This document shows positions 39,439-52,640 of a stretch of DNA of 64,000 bases, one piece after another (the stretch's first letter is position 1; each line of letters begins with the position of its first letter). The translations under genes and the position numbers were made by a program. The stretch comes from Lama guanicoe (lineage: Eukaryota): NCBI GenBank assembly GCA_013239625.1, contig MU054187.1, positions 15,516,941-15,580,940 of the forward strand, given 5' to 3'. A model generated the notes under the pieces. It worked only from the letters and a program-made list of their open reading frames with translations. It ran no database searches and was not told the DNA's origin.

Positions 39439-42284
39439 GAAAAATATGTGCTATGGAAACTCATCATATGAAGTAAATAACTTAGAGAGTTAGCACATTT
39501 CTTATGTAGCACAGAATTGCAAGCCTAGGGCTTCTTCTTTGATTATGGGAATTTAATTAATAACGTCTAACATTTAAAAAATCAAGATGTGAAATTATAT
39601 GCACATATTTACATATATGAATGTAAGTTTCATTAGTGTGAAAGAGTTAAAAGTCTGAAGAGAGGCAGTTTTAATAAGTACCCAGTGTTAATGAGAGAAG
39701 AGGGGGATAGGGACTCCAATTTTTCACAATAAGTGTTTGATAATTATTGCATTTTAACTATGTGCACATTTAACTTTGATTAAAAATTAAATTTAAAGAA
39801 TGCTGTATTACGTATACTTAATGTATGCCTAACGAAAACTGTTTTAATGGATCACAAAAAGCATGACAGCTAAGGAAATCATTTCCCTTGCCTCCTCTAT
39901 TATTCCCATTATCCTTTGATGTGAATAGACCAGATGCATCTCTAAGTAAGAGAAAATTAGTCTCCTGTAATTTGACCCTGCCTCTGACATCATAGCTGGC
40001 ATTATAAAATTTTAAAAGAGGAAAAGAAAGGATGAGAAGTGAACAAGGAGACTGTTGCAGATGGTTATTAATCAGGAAAGCAAAAATAGAATTTGGATGA
40101 CTTTATACTAATTTAGGCAATGGCGTGCTGGGGATAATTGCAGTCACTGGCCCTGTGCTGACACCTAATGTTCGTAGAGAACCATAAGAAGAGTTTGACT
40201 GTGAGCCTGGGCATGAAGTCAAGTTAGGTCAACCAGCTGTATGGATGTATTTCTAATCAGTTCCTTAAGAAAAAAAAAGTTTGCATCCTTGGCAAATATA
40301 CATAAGTCATAGCAGTTAAATACCAAGAATGCCACTTGTTTGGATGAATAAGTCTATTTTTAAAAGTAACCTTTCCACAAGTCAGTAATACAAGGTATGG
40401 GGAAATGTAAAAGTTAATCACTCTACTAAGTTTCACTGAGTGCCAAATCAACAAGTGGTACAGTGGCGATGAATGTGGCAATTAGAGCACTTTATAGATA
40501 GGTACAGACTTAGAGTCAGATATATCTTCCTTACAGTATGTCAATAGATCATGTTCACAGTGATTGGGAGAGCACATACAGCCTCCTCATTTGGCTCTGA
40601 GACAAAGCTAAAAAGCAATACCATGGGCGTTAAGCTTCAATTCAAAAACGTATCCATGTGGATACGTTTGCACTACATTATCTTTTGTTCGAAACACAGC
40701 ATAGTCAAAACTTACTTATATTGAAATTAAATGGCAAGGCTTTTTTATTCTCTGTAAATAAAGTGACACTTATCAGCATATCAAAAGCTGGTTAAAGATA
40801 CTTGACTAGACATTAAAGGGGGAAAAAGAAACCCAAACCCTTGGGGCTTAAGATTCTTCAGTGTCTCTATGATTAGCATATCGGATAGAGCACTGCTGGG
40901 CTTTCTTACTAAAAAGGCATGGCCATCATTTCTTGACAATTATATTAGAGACATAGAATTATGAAAACCCTTCGAATGTTAGTTCTGTACAGTGTAAACT
41001 GTGTTTTAACATCTGTCCCAATTTTTCCAGTGAAGTTGCAAATTCTACTTTGTGGCAGACTCAGCTGAAATCTAATGAGGTAGATCTATTGGAAGAATTG
41101 TTGAATATTTAGGTGTGATTAAGAAAATAATATAATTTGCATACAAATAAAGATTTACAGGGAACTGATTACATCATATTTATTTTCTGGTGTCTTCTAG
41201 CATGCAGTAAATGGAAAGAGATCATCATTGCAATGTTAAGGATTTTGTTGTGGTTATTTCTCAGGAGCATATCTGGGATCAGAAAACATAATTGCTTTTA
41301 TATGCTTGTACCATATTAAAAGACTGTATATTTTATTGTCTTCTGTTCCGTATACACATAAGTCAATTGATAAAGTCTTGTACTTGAGTATAGAGTTACT
41401 AAAATGTATGGATTCATAAAAGCTTCAGACAAATGTAACATTTGGGGAAAGTTAATCTTTGTTATAAATGTTACTATTTGAAAAGATAAGATGTTTAAGT
41501 GTATGAGACTATTGGCTTTTAAATATATAGTTCTTCAAAGAAGAAATATTTTGGAAACAAGGAAAGTTTGTATTTTCAGCAGCAACTTACAGGATGTTGT
41601 TTTTTCCTCTTGAATTGAGAACAGCAAGGGTGACTGAGTGCTGTAGGAAAAACTTCCTAATAAAGCCCTGTCTCATAACCAAACTTTTTCTTAGTTTTCA
41701 GATCTCAATTTGCCCAGTTCAATATTTCTCTATCCATCAAAGAATAGCCTTGAATAACTTGATTTATTAGCATTATGGAAAGATTATTTTTTTCCTTTTT
41801 CCCCTTTTTTATTTACACTAGGAATAGTAAAAGAAATAGCTGCTTAATGTTTTTTAAAAGAAATGCCATTATTTCTTTCCAAAATATTTTATATAGTTTA
41901 TGACCCAACCATAAATCATCATGCCCAGTGTACAGAGGAACACTATTATTATAATCAAGAGTAGTTGCTGATTCAAATATTAAAAATAAATATTTTATGT
42001 ATGAGGTCTATGTTACAGGGAGTGTAGATAAGAGTGTCATTGCTTTTCGCTTCTTTCTCAACATCTGAAAAAATCCTACTCTAATTGCCACTCAAAGGGC
42101 ACCTAATTTGAGTTGACCTTATTCTTGCAGTTTATTGTTCCCTTCTCTATGACTATTTCATAATCCTTTGTAGATCAGTTTGTACTCTTTACATCTAATT
42201 TATTTTAACTCCTGTCTAGACTGTGAATTTCTTCAGATCACTGGCCCTATTTTACTCTCATGTGTATTCTCTACACTCATTAAT

Positions 42285-42870
42285 GATTCCTTCATTCAAC
42301 AAACAGTTATTGAGTATTTGCTATGTGAGAGGCACTGTGTTAGGCACCGAGGCCAAAATAGTGTTGAAAATATACTTGTTCCCTTTTTCCCAAAGCTTCA
42401 GTCTAGTGGAGAAGACAGATATAACATTTTTTTTGGTTGGATTCTTTATAGTAACTGGTAAGTGTTAAGATGGAAATATACATGATGCTGTGATAGTGAT
42501 AAACAGTGAGACATAAAGCTAGTGAAAGGGTTAAAGCCTGAGCTGACATCTATAGCCTGAGAAAAGTTAACTAATCAAAATGATGGCAGAAGTGAGTGGG
42601 GAAAACTTTTAAGACCTGAGAAAGTGCAGGAAAATGCTAGTGATGAGAGGGAACATGGCCAATTCAAGTGGCTGTCCCCAGGGTGATTAGAGGACAAAAT
42701 CAGGGTTTGGGGATGAGGAAAAGCTGAAGAGGGAGGTTAAAGCTCAGCCATTTAAGGGTCATGTTGTTCTTGTTAATAATCCTGTCCTTTTCCCTAAAAG
42801 CATTAATAAATTAGTGAAGTGACTGAATGAGGCCTTGTATTAACAAGATCTGCCTTCACTCTGGATTTTT
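42285..42870 (-). mobile_element. L2 LINE 3' fragment
   Basis: 'ttccttcattcaacaaacagttattgagtatttgctatgtgagaggcactgtgttaggcac...aagcttcagtctagtggagaagacagatat'. Confidence 0.65.
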
Positions 42871-43242
42871 CCAGATTGGAGCAGACTAAGTACGAATGAT
42901 GAAGAAGTCAATGAATAGTGATCTTAGCCCAGTGCTTACATCATCAGTGATTTGTTACATCATCCCCAAATACATCTAAGTGGTTTACCCACACCTATTT
43001 TTGTAACCCAATAAGAAGAATCTCAGAATCTGGGAACCAGACAGGACTGCATTTGGGATTTTTTTTTTTTAAATTTTCGCCTATAAGTAATTCACTGAGA
43101 TTCTGGAAGTCAAGAGAATATGAAGTGATAATGGTTGTTAAAACAGTTTGCATAGAGACCAATTTTATTTCATTAATAGGTATGTATATGTGTACTGTTG
43201 ATCTTTTAAAAGTTGGTTGGTGTGTCCATTTGTTTTGTATAT

Positions 43243-43724
43243 TGTGAACTCAATATACAAATGGACAACCACCAGACCATATATAATACAGAACTGTGAC
43301 CTGCAGCAACCAGCCCCGGAACTCAGCCTGCTATCTGAAAGCCAGGCTTGTAGGAAATCAAACTGTGATCTCTAGTGATGATCTAAGAGCGGAATAGTAA
43401 TGATCAGACCAAAAGATGAGACTTCATAACTAAAAGCTTCAAAAATTTTTGTCCAAGCTTCCAACTTACTACCAACCAGAGAAAGCACATAGGTACCTCA
43501 ACCAGTCACACAAGATGCCCTGTGTTCAGCTAGCCTGTCCACAGCTTCTCCCTGCCAACAGATCCCACTCAGCGTATACCTGAGGCCTTCCCTTTTTTCC
43601 ACTCTTTGTCAGCCTTTGATTCTGCCAAACCATATGTGATAATGGCTGACTTCCTTGCTATAACAAACTCTGAGTAAGTAGCCTGTTCTTCCTCTCATCT
43701 GGTTGCTCTTCATTTATTCCCATA
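43243..43724 (+). mobile_element. ERV1 solo LTR, MER90/MER110-like
   Basis: TG start; 'atggacaaccaccagacca...cctgcagcaaccagccc...cttccaacttactaccaaccagagaaagc...tacctgaggccttcccttttttccact...ggctgacttccttgctataacaaactctgagtaa...cttcatttattccca'. Confidence 0.75.
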
Positions 43725-43939
43725 ATAGACTCTCTGTAGTAGAGAGCCCTATGGCAGAGTTAGTGTTTATTTGCTACTTCTAGCTATATATCTGTTTGGT
43801 TTAACCAGGATCGGAGATAGTGAATGGATGGCTTACTATATTTTTAGTGAATATATATAAGTGTATGTGTGAGAGAAGGAAAGAAATAGAAAAGAAGAAA
43901 TAGAATGAGCAGGATAGTTGGGAGTGGAAGGTTGGTCAT

Positions 43940-45250
43940 ATTCATTCATTCATTCAACTCATTTATATTGAGCACCCCCAGTGTGTCAGGCACCATTTAA
44001 GGCCTTTCTGATGCACAGGACAAACCAGAGATCTTTGTCCTCACAGAGTTTACATGGCAGGAAGGAAACAGACAAGAAACAATAAATATAATAAATAAGT
44101 AAATTTTAGAGCATCCTAGAAGAAGGTAAGTGTTATTTTAAAAACAAAATGAAAGAGAATGTCAGGGGTCTGGGTGGAGAGCAAATTAAATTGGTGGTCA
44201 GGGAAGGTCACGTTATGAAGGTGATGGTTAAACAAAAACCTGAAGAATACAAAGAGTGAAATAAGCAGATATATCTGGCAGGAAACTGTTTTAGGCTGAA
44301 AAGAATTAAAACAAAGTCCTAAAGGTAGAAAGGTGCCAGGTGTGTTCAAATAATAGCAGAGGTGAATGTGGCAGAGTTGAGCCAGTGAAGGGGAAGAGGG
44401 GAGGAGGTGGTGGGGTTCACGTGAGGGAGACGAGAGAACGCTCTTCAACCATCTTACGGATGTTTGCTTTTTATCTGAATGAAGTGGGGCCTTGCTGTAG
44501 GGTTCTGAGCAGACAAGTGTCTTTGAGACGGGAAGGGGGCAGGGCACAGCAATTCAAGGAATGCTACAGCAGTTAACATCAGAATGGTTTAAGATTCAAC
44601 CCCCAGTAGGCCTTGAGGCTTAAGTTGATGGGAGATTTAACTTCTAGCAGAGTTTGAGCTTCATTATACGCCCATTGTAATATAAGCATGGTGAATAACA
44701 TGCCCACAGGCACCATGGCAGTCCCAAGGCTAGCCACAAAAGGTCGAAGAGTGGGAAACGGCCAACTTCTTGGGAATCCCAGCCCCTTCCCCAGACTAGT
44801 TAGGCTGGTCCTTCCACTTATTAGCATATGAAGCCCTGAGCCCATAAAAACTGGCAACATGGCCCACATTCTGTCTATGGAATGTGTACCTACTTTTAAT
44901 GTGAGCACCCAACCCCCACACCTTGTGGCCTTTCTGTTGCCTTTCAATGTATCTCTCTGAATAAATCTACCTTTACTCAACTGTGGCTCGCTCTTGAATT
45001 CTTTCCTGTGTGAAGCCAAGGACCCACACTTGGCGGGGCACGTCCCAGGGGCTCAACCAAAGCCTGGGACACAGCCCTTCTCACGCCCCCACATCTGTTT
45101 TCCTGCAGATTTTCAATAATCCTCTGCAGCTGCATTGGAAATAGACTAGAGGGGGGAAGATTGGCTTTAGAGTACAGTTTTGTGTTTTCATGCAACTATT
45201 AGTGTGTTCAATATACAGACATTCAAGTAGTGGCTAGAAATATAACTAGA
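43940..45250 (-). mobile_element. L2 LINE 3' part, split by the ERV1 LTR at 44524-45107
   Basis: Canonical '(ttca)n actcatttatattgagcacccccagtgtgtcaggcacc' end; 'ggttctgagcagacaagtg' resumes after the LTR as 'ctctgcagctgcattggaaatagactagaggg'. Confidence 0.75.
44524..45107 (+). mobile_element. ERV1 solo LTR, MER41-related cetartiodactyl family
   Basis: Begins 'tgagacgggaagggggcagggcacagc'; contains 'cccataaaaa' TATA-like box, 'tctctgaataaatctacctttactcaactgtggctcgctcttgaattctttcctgtgtgaagccaaggaccc'; ends at CA (45093 or 45107); GC-richer than flanks. Confidence 0.85.
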
Positions 45251-46829
45251 GAACTCTGGGAACATCAGTTCCTCTTTATACCTTCTCCCAGTTCCATTCA
45301 TCTAGAGATCAGGCCAAGCCAAGCTTCCCTTCTCTCTAACCTGGACCACTCTAGGAATTTAGTAGGCCTTGAAAAGTATATATGGCCTCATATAAACTTC
45401 TATTGAAATAAAATATTCCAATAATATCCCCTAAATTCAAAGTCTAATCTACAGATCAAATGATGCCCAGATCCATTCTACAATTTTCAGTCTACATGAC
45501 AGTTACATCCAGCATCCCCCGCCATAAATAATTGAGTCACATGCATTGGAAACAGTAATGAGTCATTAGGGGAAATTAAAATACATGCATTCTAATGCAA
45601 TTGTAATAACTTCTAATTTGTAAGAGGGGAAAATCAGAACTGAACTAAACTTTATTTAATTTTTTTTTGTCTCTTTAGTCTCTCTTAATTGATTAAAGTT
45701 CCTCTTCCCTTGCTTTAACATTAATCTTGAGCTCCAAGAAATTTGCTCCCTCAGACCCTTGCCCCTGGTCTGTGCCAGAAAACCCCTGTAGTTTCATGTT
45801 AAAGTGTTGCTTAAAAGCAAGATATTGGACCAACACCAGTAGAAAAACAAACACACATGCACAGAAAGCTGACTTATGCCATAAATGAAAAACAGAAAAT
45901 GTGTGGTTCAGAGGAATTTATTACCTGAAAATGCAATCTGTTTTCTAACTAATCTCATGAAAAGACAAATTTGAGATGGAGAAATGTAAAATGTCTTATA
46001 TTTTGGCATCAAGATGCTTTTCTGCCTCTTTGTATTTTCATTGAAAAGAAAAATGTAGGAATCCAGAAAGAATGCATGTCCAGTTAACCTGGTAATGGCC
46101 CATTGGCAAGGCATTTCTCTCCAACCATAAATATTTTCTGATGGTTGAGAGATATTCCAAGAGTATAACCTATTTAGATATTCAAATTAAATAAACAGAG
46201 ATCCATCTTCAATCCTTTTTCTGACTCTAGTTTATCATCATACTGGCAGAATATAAATTTTCCATTATTATTTGTGTTCAACGTATTAAACAGCACTAAA
46301 ATTATTTACTTAAATTTCAAATGCTCCTAAGTTTCAACTAAACACTATCAAAAAGTAAAATAGATGTTATAAATAACCCTCCACCCATTAAACTCACGCA
46401 ATACGTAAGTGAAAATCTATTAAAGTAAACTCCAAGGGACTAAAGCCCGTGTTGAAATAATGCTTAAAATAGTTAAATTCTTATATAGCATTTGCAAATC
46501 TTATTTTTTTCTGTCTTTGTATTAAATACATAAATGGGAAGTCTTAAGGCATCATTCAGAGAATCTAGAATTATTTCTCATTACATATCTGAGAATGCAT
46601 CTATTCTTCTTTCCTTTTTATTAACATGTTACTAAGCATGGGGGCACATGGCCCCCAGAATAAAATTTGTAAACTCACTTTGCAGTCAGGTATGGTCATG
46701 TAACTAATTTTTCACCAGTCTTTTAAATCACTGATTTGGGTGTCTCTGTCACCTATTAGAAATTATAACATCACTAATAACACATTATGGACACATATTG
46801 TGTAGCTGAGAGTAGAGATATAAAAATAA

Positions 46830-47050
46830 GTATGGCAAAGTGTAGAACACGTGGACTGTAGCATCAGTGAACCCAAGTTCAAGTCCTATTTTGGTCACTT
46901 TCAATAGCTATTTCCTTATTACAGATCAGTTACCTTTCAAAATTTTGGTTTTCTCATCTGTGAAAAATGATGATAGTAAAAGTGATTTCATAGTTTTGAC
47001 GGGAATGAAAGTGTCTTATAAGGTGACTCAAACTATATAAATTCTAGTTA
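46830..47050 (+). mobile_element. MIR SINE
   Basis: 'agtatggcaaagtgtagaacacgtggactgtagcatcagtgaacccaagttcaagtcct...ggttttctcatctgtgaaaaatgatgatagtaa'. Confidence 0.65.
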
Positions 47051-49264
47051 CTATAGTTATATGCCTATGTTGAATATATAAATAAACAACTAAATTAAAG
47101 CATGAATCCTCTTCTTTTATGTTAAGTCTATACTGAAAGCGTATGTCTTATTGATGGTCTAAAACTGATAGTCTTTTGAGGGGTTGTTTTTGTTTGTTAC
47201 TAATTGATGGCAAAAGATAGTTGATAAAGATACAAAAAACTAGTACCATTCTCCTTTTAGTGTGTAACCAAAAGACAACTAGAAACACACGTATGCACTC
47301 AGAGTTTTACAGTACAAATGGGAGGCTGTGGAAGAAACTTGACTGTGTCAAGTATGTGGGGAGATTGTTTTGTGCTGCCTCATTTACTGTTATAAGCAAC
47401 CTACTTGCAAATATGACCCATACATCTGAGCTTTGATGTATACAGCATTTCTGGAGAGTATCAGATTGAGGTAAGATTCATTTAGCCAGGAAAACAGAAT
47501 CTAATTAAAATCAAGGGAGCCTCCCTTAGTCCCTAGGATCCTTAGAGTCCCCATTGTCAGTCACTGTCTCATGCAGATGCAGGGTCTCTCCACATCTGGA
47601 AAGTCGGTACTTGCCACAGTGTTGTTCTTTCACCCTGCTATGGGCTTATACCACTACTATGAAAGAACATATGTAATAAATTGAGTGCTTCTGTTTAGGG
47701 AAACATTTATTCTGAACTTGTTTAGGTTTTGAAACAAGCACAGCATCAAAAAGGTCTTGTCTTCCTGGATGAGAATGGGGATAAGAATCAGTGTCCAACT
47801 AATCCTGAATAGCATGTCTCCTTCCAATGCCAGCCTGCCTTCCCCAGGATGTATGCATATTCTTACGGGCATATGTTTGTGCAAGTATTTGTTTGTGAAG
47901 TCTGTGTATACATTACTTTAAGGACATGTCAACATATGTCACTGTCAGCTATGATCATTAATAAAAACATTTTCATCTAATCTCATTTCCTTCCTATATA
48001 CACACATAATGTATTTTGATGGATGCTAGTAGTTGAGTTTCAATAAAAAGCATAATTTACTAGGTTAGATCACACATACAAACAAATCAATAAATCGTCT
48101 CTCAATCCTCTATGAAAATGGAGGTACATATGATACAAAAATTCAGAAGTAATTTCTCTTTAGGTTTGAAATCCATTTTCTTTATTTGATGTGCTAGTGT
48201 ACCTTTTTAAAAAGACTGTCATGATACTTCATTTCAAATTTATTACAAAAAAGTGATTATGAAGCTCTAACTCAGAAGAATCTCAAGATTCATCTTACCT
48301 CTTACTTTTTACTGGAGCTCAAGTGCCACATTCTGACATTGGGACACAGACCAGGTCCCTTGACAACATGTAACATCTTGTTGTGGGGAGGAGTGTAGCA
48401 AAAAAACACATATGAAATCAGAGTGGTCACAGTGCTCGTCACTCTCAACTCCTGAGGCAGACAGTGGTGTGGGCATGAGTGGGGAATAGGGCATCAAGCA
48501 TGGAAAGATATATGACAGTTTCATGACCTCTATCCCTTTACATAGGTCAGTTATTTAGTTCTTGGATTAGTCAACAAAGAAGTCCTCCTGCTGACCCAAG
48601 ACTAGAAAAATGCACTTAGATCAAAAGGTAAAAATAGAAAGGGTATATGTATTATCATTCCTCATAAAGATATGCACGTATATATACATGCTATATATAA
48701 TATCCCTTTGTAAATTTATTATGTTTGGAGTTCCACATTTTGCAGTTTGGATTATAGAGTGTCAATAAAGTTAATTAAACATTCCATTAACCATAGAACT
48801 GAAAGGGACTTGAAGGAATCATCTGTTGACATTTAAATATCTCCTGGGCAAAGTGGAAAGCAAAATTTGCATCCAGCAAGGCCACCTGGTTAATCCAGCA
48901 GTTTTTATGACCTGGCAAATTGTTCTTGTGCAATAGTACATTTTTATGAAATTAGGTGGATTTTGTCAATGTTATAATCAACCTTTTTCCTCATCTCCCT
49001 CGCATTGGAGTGGCTCCATTGTAACAGATGTTTCCCTCTTTAGTGTTGAGGTAAAACTGCATGTATCTTGACACAGGCAGGCAGCACTTGGCTCTGAAAC
49101 ATTAAGTCTTCCATCAGGTTATTCCTCAGTTTCAGTCACTGGCTTAAATAGGACTGTTTCTTCCAAGCTCAACAACATGGTATCCAAACACTATTTCTCC
49201 ATTAGTCACCTGGTTCCACATTCCAAAATGCAATTCAGACTTGGAAACAAGTGTGTAGCCATGA

Positions 49265-49450
49265 CCTTTTAGGTCTAACATGGTCTGGTGGAAAGAGTAT
49301 TGGAAGAGTGTTAGTCTCACCAACTTTCTAGGTGACCTTTGACAAATTACTTGACCCCAATGTGCTTCATTTTCCTTTCTACACAGGGAACATGGAGGCA
49401 ATGATATATAGCTTTCTAATCTACCTTACAGGATTTTGTAGTTAACATGA
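49265..49450 (+). mobile_element. MIR SINE fragment
   Basis: 'catggtctggtggaaagagtattgga...gtgacctttgacaaattacttgacccc aatgtgcttcattttcctttct...ctaccttacaggattttgt'. Confidence 0.55.
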
Positions 49451-50949
49451 AGTGACTGTTTGTTTACATTCGTTTTTGATGTGTTGATGCTGAAATATCC
49501 TCCCTTTCTGTTGTGGTAGAAACACATTGCCACATTTATAAGAAAAAAATTTTGAAAAAGAATTTAGTAGAAACACAGTACACTCCACTTTCACTCTCTA
49601 CAACATATTTATTCCATCAAATTATGATGTCTGGTATGTTTTAAAATGGTAAAAGCACAAGATTCAGAATTCAGACCTGGACTGAAGTTCTGATGCAGCT
49701 ACTTCAAAGGCCTCCGCCTCTTTTCCAGGGACCTTGTCATGCCTGGCTCATACGTCTGCCCTCACGAATGCTGTTCCACCTTATATTTAGCCCAGCCCGG
49801 TGTAAGAGAGAATCTTGGCTGAGGTGTGGAACATTCTAACAGCTGAAGGCTGTCTTACTCCCCAGATCCAATGACTCTTAAATATCTGATGGGCTCCCAT
49901 ATTATTCAGTTTGTCTACTTCCTTGTGAATAAGAGCCATAAAATAAGATGAATTGTTAGGATAGCTAGGGTATGTGTGTTATTTTATTTATTGTATTTAT
50001 TTTATTTTATTTTTTTCAACTATCAGGCAAACAAGTTTTATTTTCACCTTGCAAGCTTGCACACTTATAAAACATGTAGTTTTGTAAAAAGTTTAAGCTT
50101 ATATAAAGTTTATAAATAATCCTGCAAATATACATAGCAGATAATCAAGTAAATGTGTAATAACTTTGAACTACATCACATAATTAATCACATAATTTCT
50201 TTATAATTCATGGGCTTGGTCATAGGTGTACTTAACTCTGTGTAAAGGTTGGGTTTCATTATTTTAGTGTCCCATTTTCAACGTTCATACATTTTCAAAC
50301 TTATCAGGCAGAACTGCATTCAAGCTAGTGATGGAGAACTTAGTAAAAGCCGACTCTCCAGAGCCACTATTCTAGGAGTCCCCAAACTTTATAGGGTATG
50401 TGTTTTAAATCATAGCTCTACAAACCCTGAATCCCTTCTGAATGAGTAGTACCATTCCCATTCAGGTCTGGAGTTCTGATCAAAACTCAACCCTAGCATA
50501 GCTTCTAGAATACAGTAGGTGACCACCCTTTGTGAGTGATAATAAGACTGTACTCTGCTTTTCTTTTCTCCGTCCTCCTCCCTAAGAGTGATTCTTTTCC
50601 CTTATAAATTGCAGTCTGCGTTCCTAACTTACAGGATGCATCCTTTAAAAGACAAGCATCCGTTAATCTGACAACTGTTCCTAAATTCCTCAAAGTTGTT
50701 CTCCAAATTCCAAATGGAAATATTTGTATCTGATCATTTTCAGAGTCCTAGTTAAGACTTTCAGGTCATCTGGAAACCAATTGCCTCATCACTGGAAACT
50801 CTGAAGTAAAAATTTAAAGCCAAATCAATCCACTTATCTCTCTTCATTTTGATTTGTGAATCTCCTCAAAAACAGAAACTTCTCCCAGGCATTCAGAAAC
50901 ATGTATTGATCATCCACTGTGTGTCAAGCATAGTGTCTCAGTCGAATTA

Positions 50950-51178
50950 TAACATTTATTTAATATTTGCTATGTGTTAGGATTGTTCTCACTGTTTCTT
51001 TCATCCTCACAACAACCTAATGAGTAGGTAATATTACAATTTCTATTTTATGCATGGGAACTGATACACAGGGAAGCTAAATTATTTGCCAAGTTTACAT
51101 ATTTAGTTAGTGGCAAAGGCTAGGATTTGAAAGTAGGCAGGCTGATTCCAGAACGCATGCTCTTAAGTGTTATGCTGT
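50950..51178 (-). mobile_element. MIR SINE
   Basis: 'taacatttattta...catcctcacaacaacctaatgagtaggtaatattacaatttctattttatgcatgggaactgatacacagggaagctaaattatttgccaag...ggatttgaaagtaggcaggctgattccaga'. Confidence 0.75.
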
Positions 51179-51607
51179 TCTGAAACCAAGAGGAGATTAT
51201 ATATTGCTCCTTGGAAGAGGTGATGTTTGAGATGGATTTCAAAAGTAGAATGACCCAGGCAGTGAACTAAGGAAAAAGCATCCCCAAAAGACAAGACCAT
51301 GTGCAGTGATGTAGGAATGTGAGAGTATATAATTGGTTTGGGCAGTATGAGAAGTTTACCATAGAACAAAGGTGTGACTTGAAGGAGCAATGACAGATAA
51401 CTGTAGAAAGCTGGGAAGGAGCAAGAAGAGTCATGTCTAAAGTCTGAGCTGTTTGGGTTTTATCATGATGTCAATGAGGAAAGATTAACATAAAACCAAG
51501 GAGTAGCATAGACAGTACCACCCTTAGACACAGGAAAGAGGGACCCCTGATTTGGAGCCACACATATCACGAACATGCACACAAGTTTTATTTTAAACGA
51601 AACATGG

Positions 51608-51722
51608 TCGAGTGGTCGACTTGTCTGAGTTTGTCCTGAGACTTTCTCAGTTTAACACTGAAAATCCCGTAGCCCAGGAAAGCTCCTCAGTCCCAGGCAA
51701 AGCAGAAAGGGTGGTTGCCTCT
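51608..51722 (-). mobile_element. MER81 (hAT-Blackjack MITE)
   Basis: ~115 bp 'gagtggtcgacttgtctgagtttgtcctgagactttctcagtttaacactgaaaatcccgtagcccaggaaagctcctcagtcccaggcaaagcagaaagggtggttgcctct' is colinear with the recalled MER81 consensus and has degenerate inverted ends. Confidence 0.8.
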
Positions 51723-52229
51723 GTTACTTATAATCTAGCCTAAACATCCGCTCTCAGGACTAAACCTATTCAGGTTCCAGAGAAACACTTCTCCATAAAT
51801 TTTTTTTCACACATTCTCGAAACAAAAGGTGACTACATCTAAAAGCCATGGAGGATTGTAGGTTGTGACACTAGGGATGTTGCCAGTAGACACTACTTTG
51901 AAGTCTGGGCAGAATTTGTAGTACAGAAATAGTTAAGTAAGCAAAAAGGCACTTTTTTTTTAACTTGTCAAATCTTTCCCTTCAGATACCATAAATATAA
52001 TGGATACTTGAAATTATTTTATTGCTTTTCAGTTGTGCCAAGCACCCATTTTCTTGCTTCTTATTGTATCTCAACTCAAGGTATGGAGGCACTCACAAAA
52101 TAATATGGTACATGCAGTTGTTCCATGTGGCAACTGATAGGATTTTGCTTTATTAAGCAATTTATAGCTCTAAAAATTATGTAAGAAGTAAGCGTGACAC
52201 ACCATAAAAGAGGTAGACATGTGTTACTG

Positions 52230-52640
52230 AGGCTTTATATTAATAAGTGGATTCAGATACTGCTTTGAGAGAAGACTGAAAATGTGATATGATTAATATT
52301 GATTTATATAAAAAAATTTAAATTCTTTGTAATATTTACTGCAGTAATAATAATAATCTATCATGCGTAGCCCCACTTCAGAGTTTGAATATTATACGTA
52401 AAATTCATTGTTCATCTCTGATTTAAGTGTTCCTGGAAGAATTTTATTGACAGCTCCAATTGCTACCGTACCAGCAGAGAAAAGTTTCTCCAAATTGCCG
52501 CTAGTAAAAAGCTATTTAAGAGCTACAGCAATTTAAGGAAATCTTTCTAATTTGGTATTACTATCAATAAAACCTAAAATATAAGAAAATTTTCATAATA
52601 TTATAATTTATGATTTTTCTAAAATAAACTCAAGAAACAT
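52230..52640 (+). pseudogene. hAT transposase C-terminal dimerisation-domain fossil
   Basis: Manual translation from 52438: RILLTAPIATVPAEKSFSKLPLVKSYLRATAI*GNLSNLVLLSIK, matching the hAT motif 'LT.P.T.ASAERSFS.LK..K.YLRS.M.QERL..LA.LSIE'; in-frame stop present. Confidence 0.8.

Noticed and set aside
44116..45195. 143-aa and 146-aa minus-strand ORFs
   Set aside because: They lie within an L2 remnant and antisense to a solo LTR; no recognisable domain.
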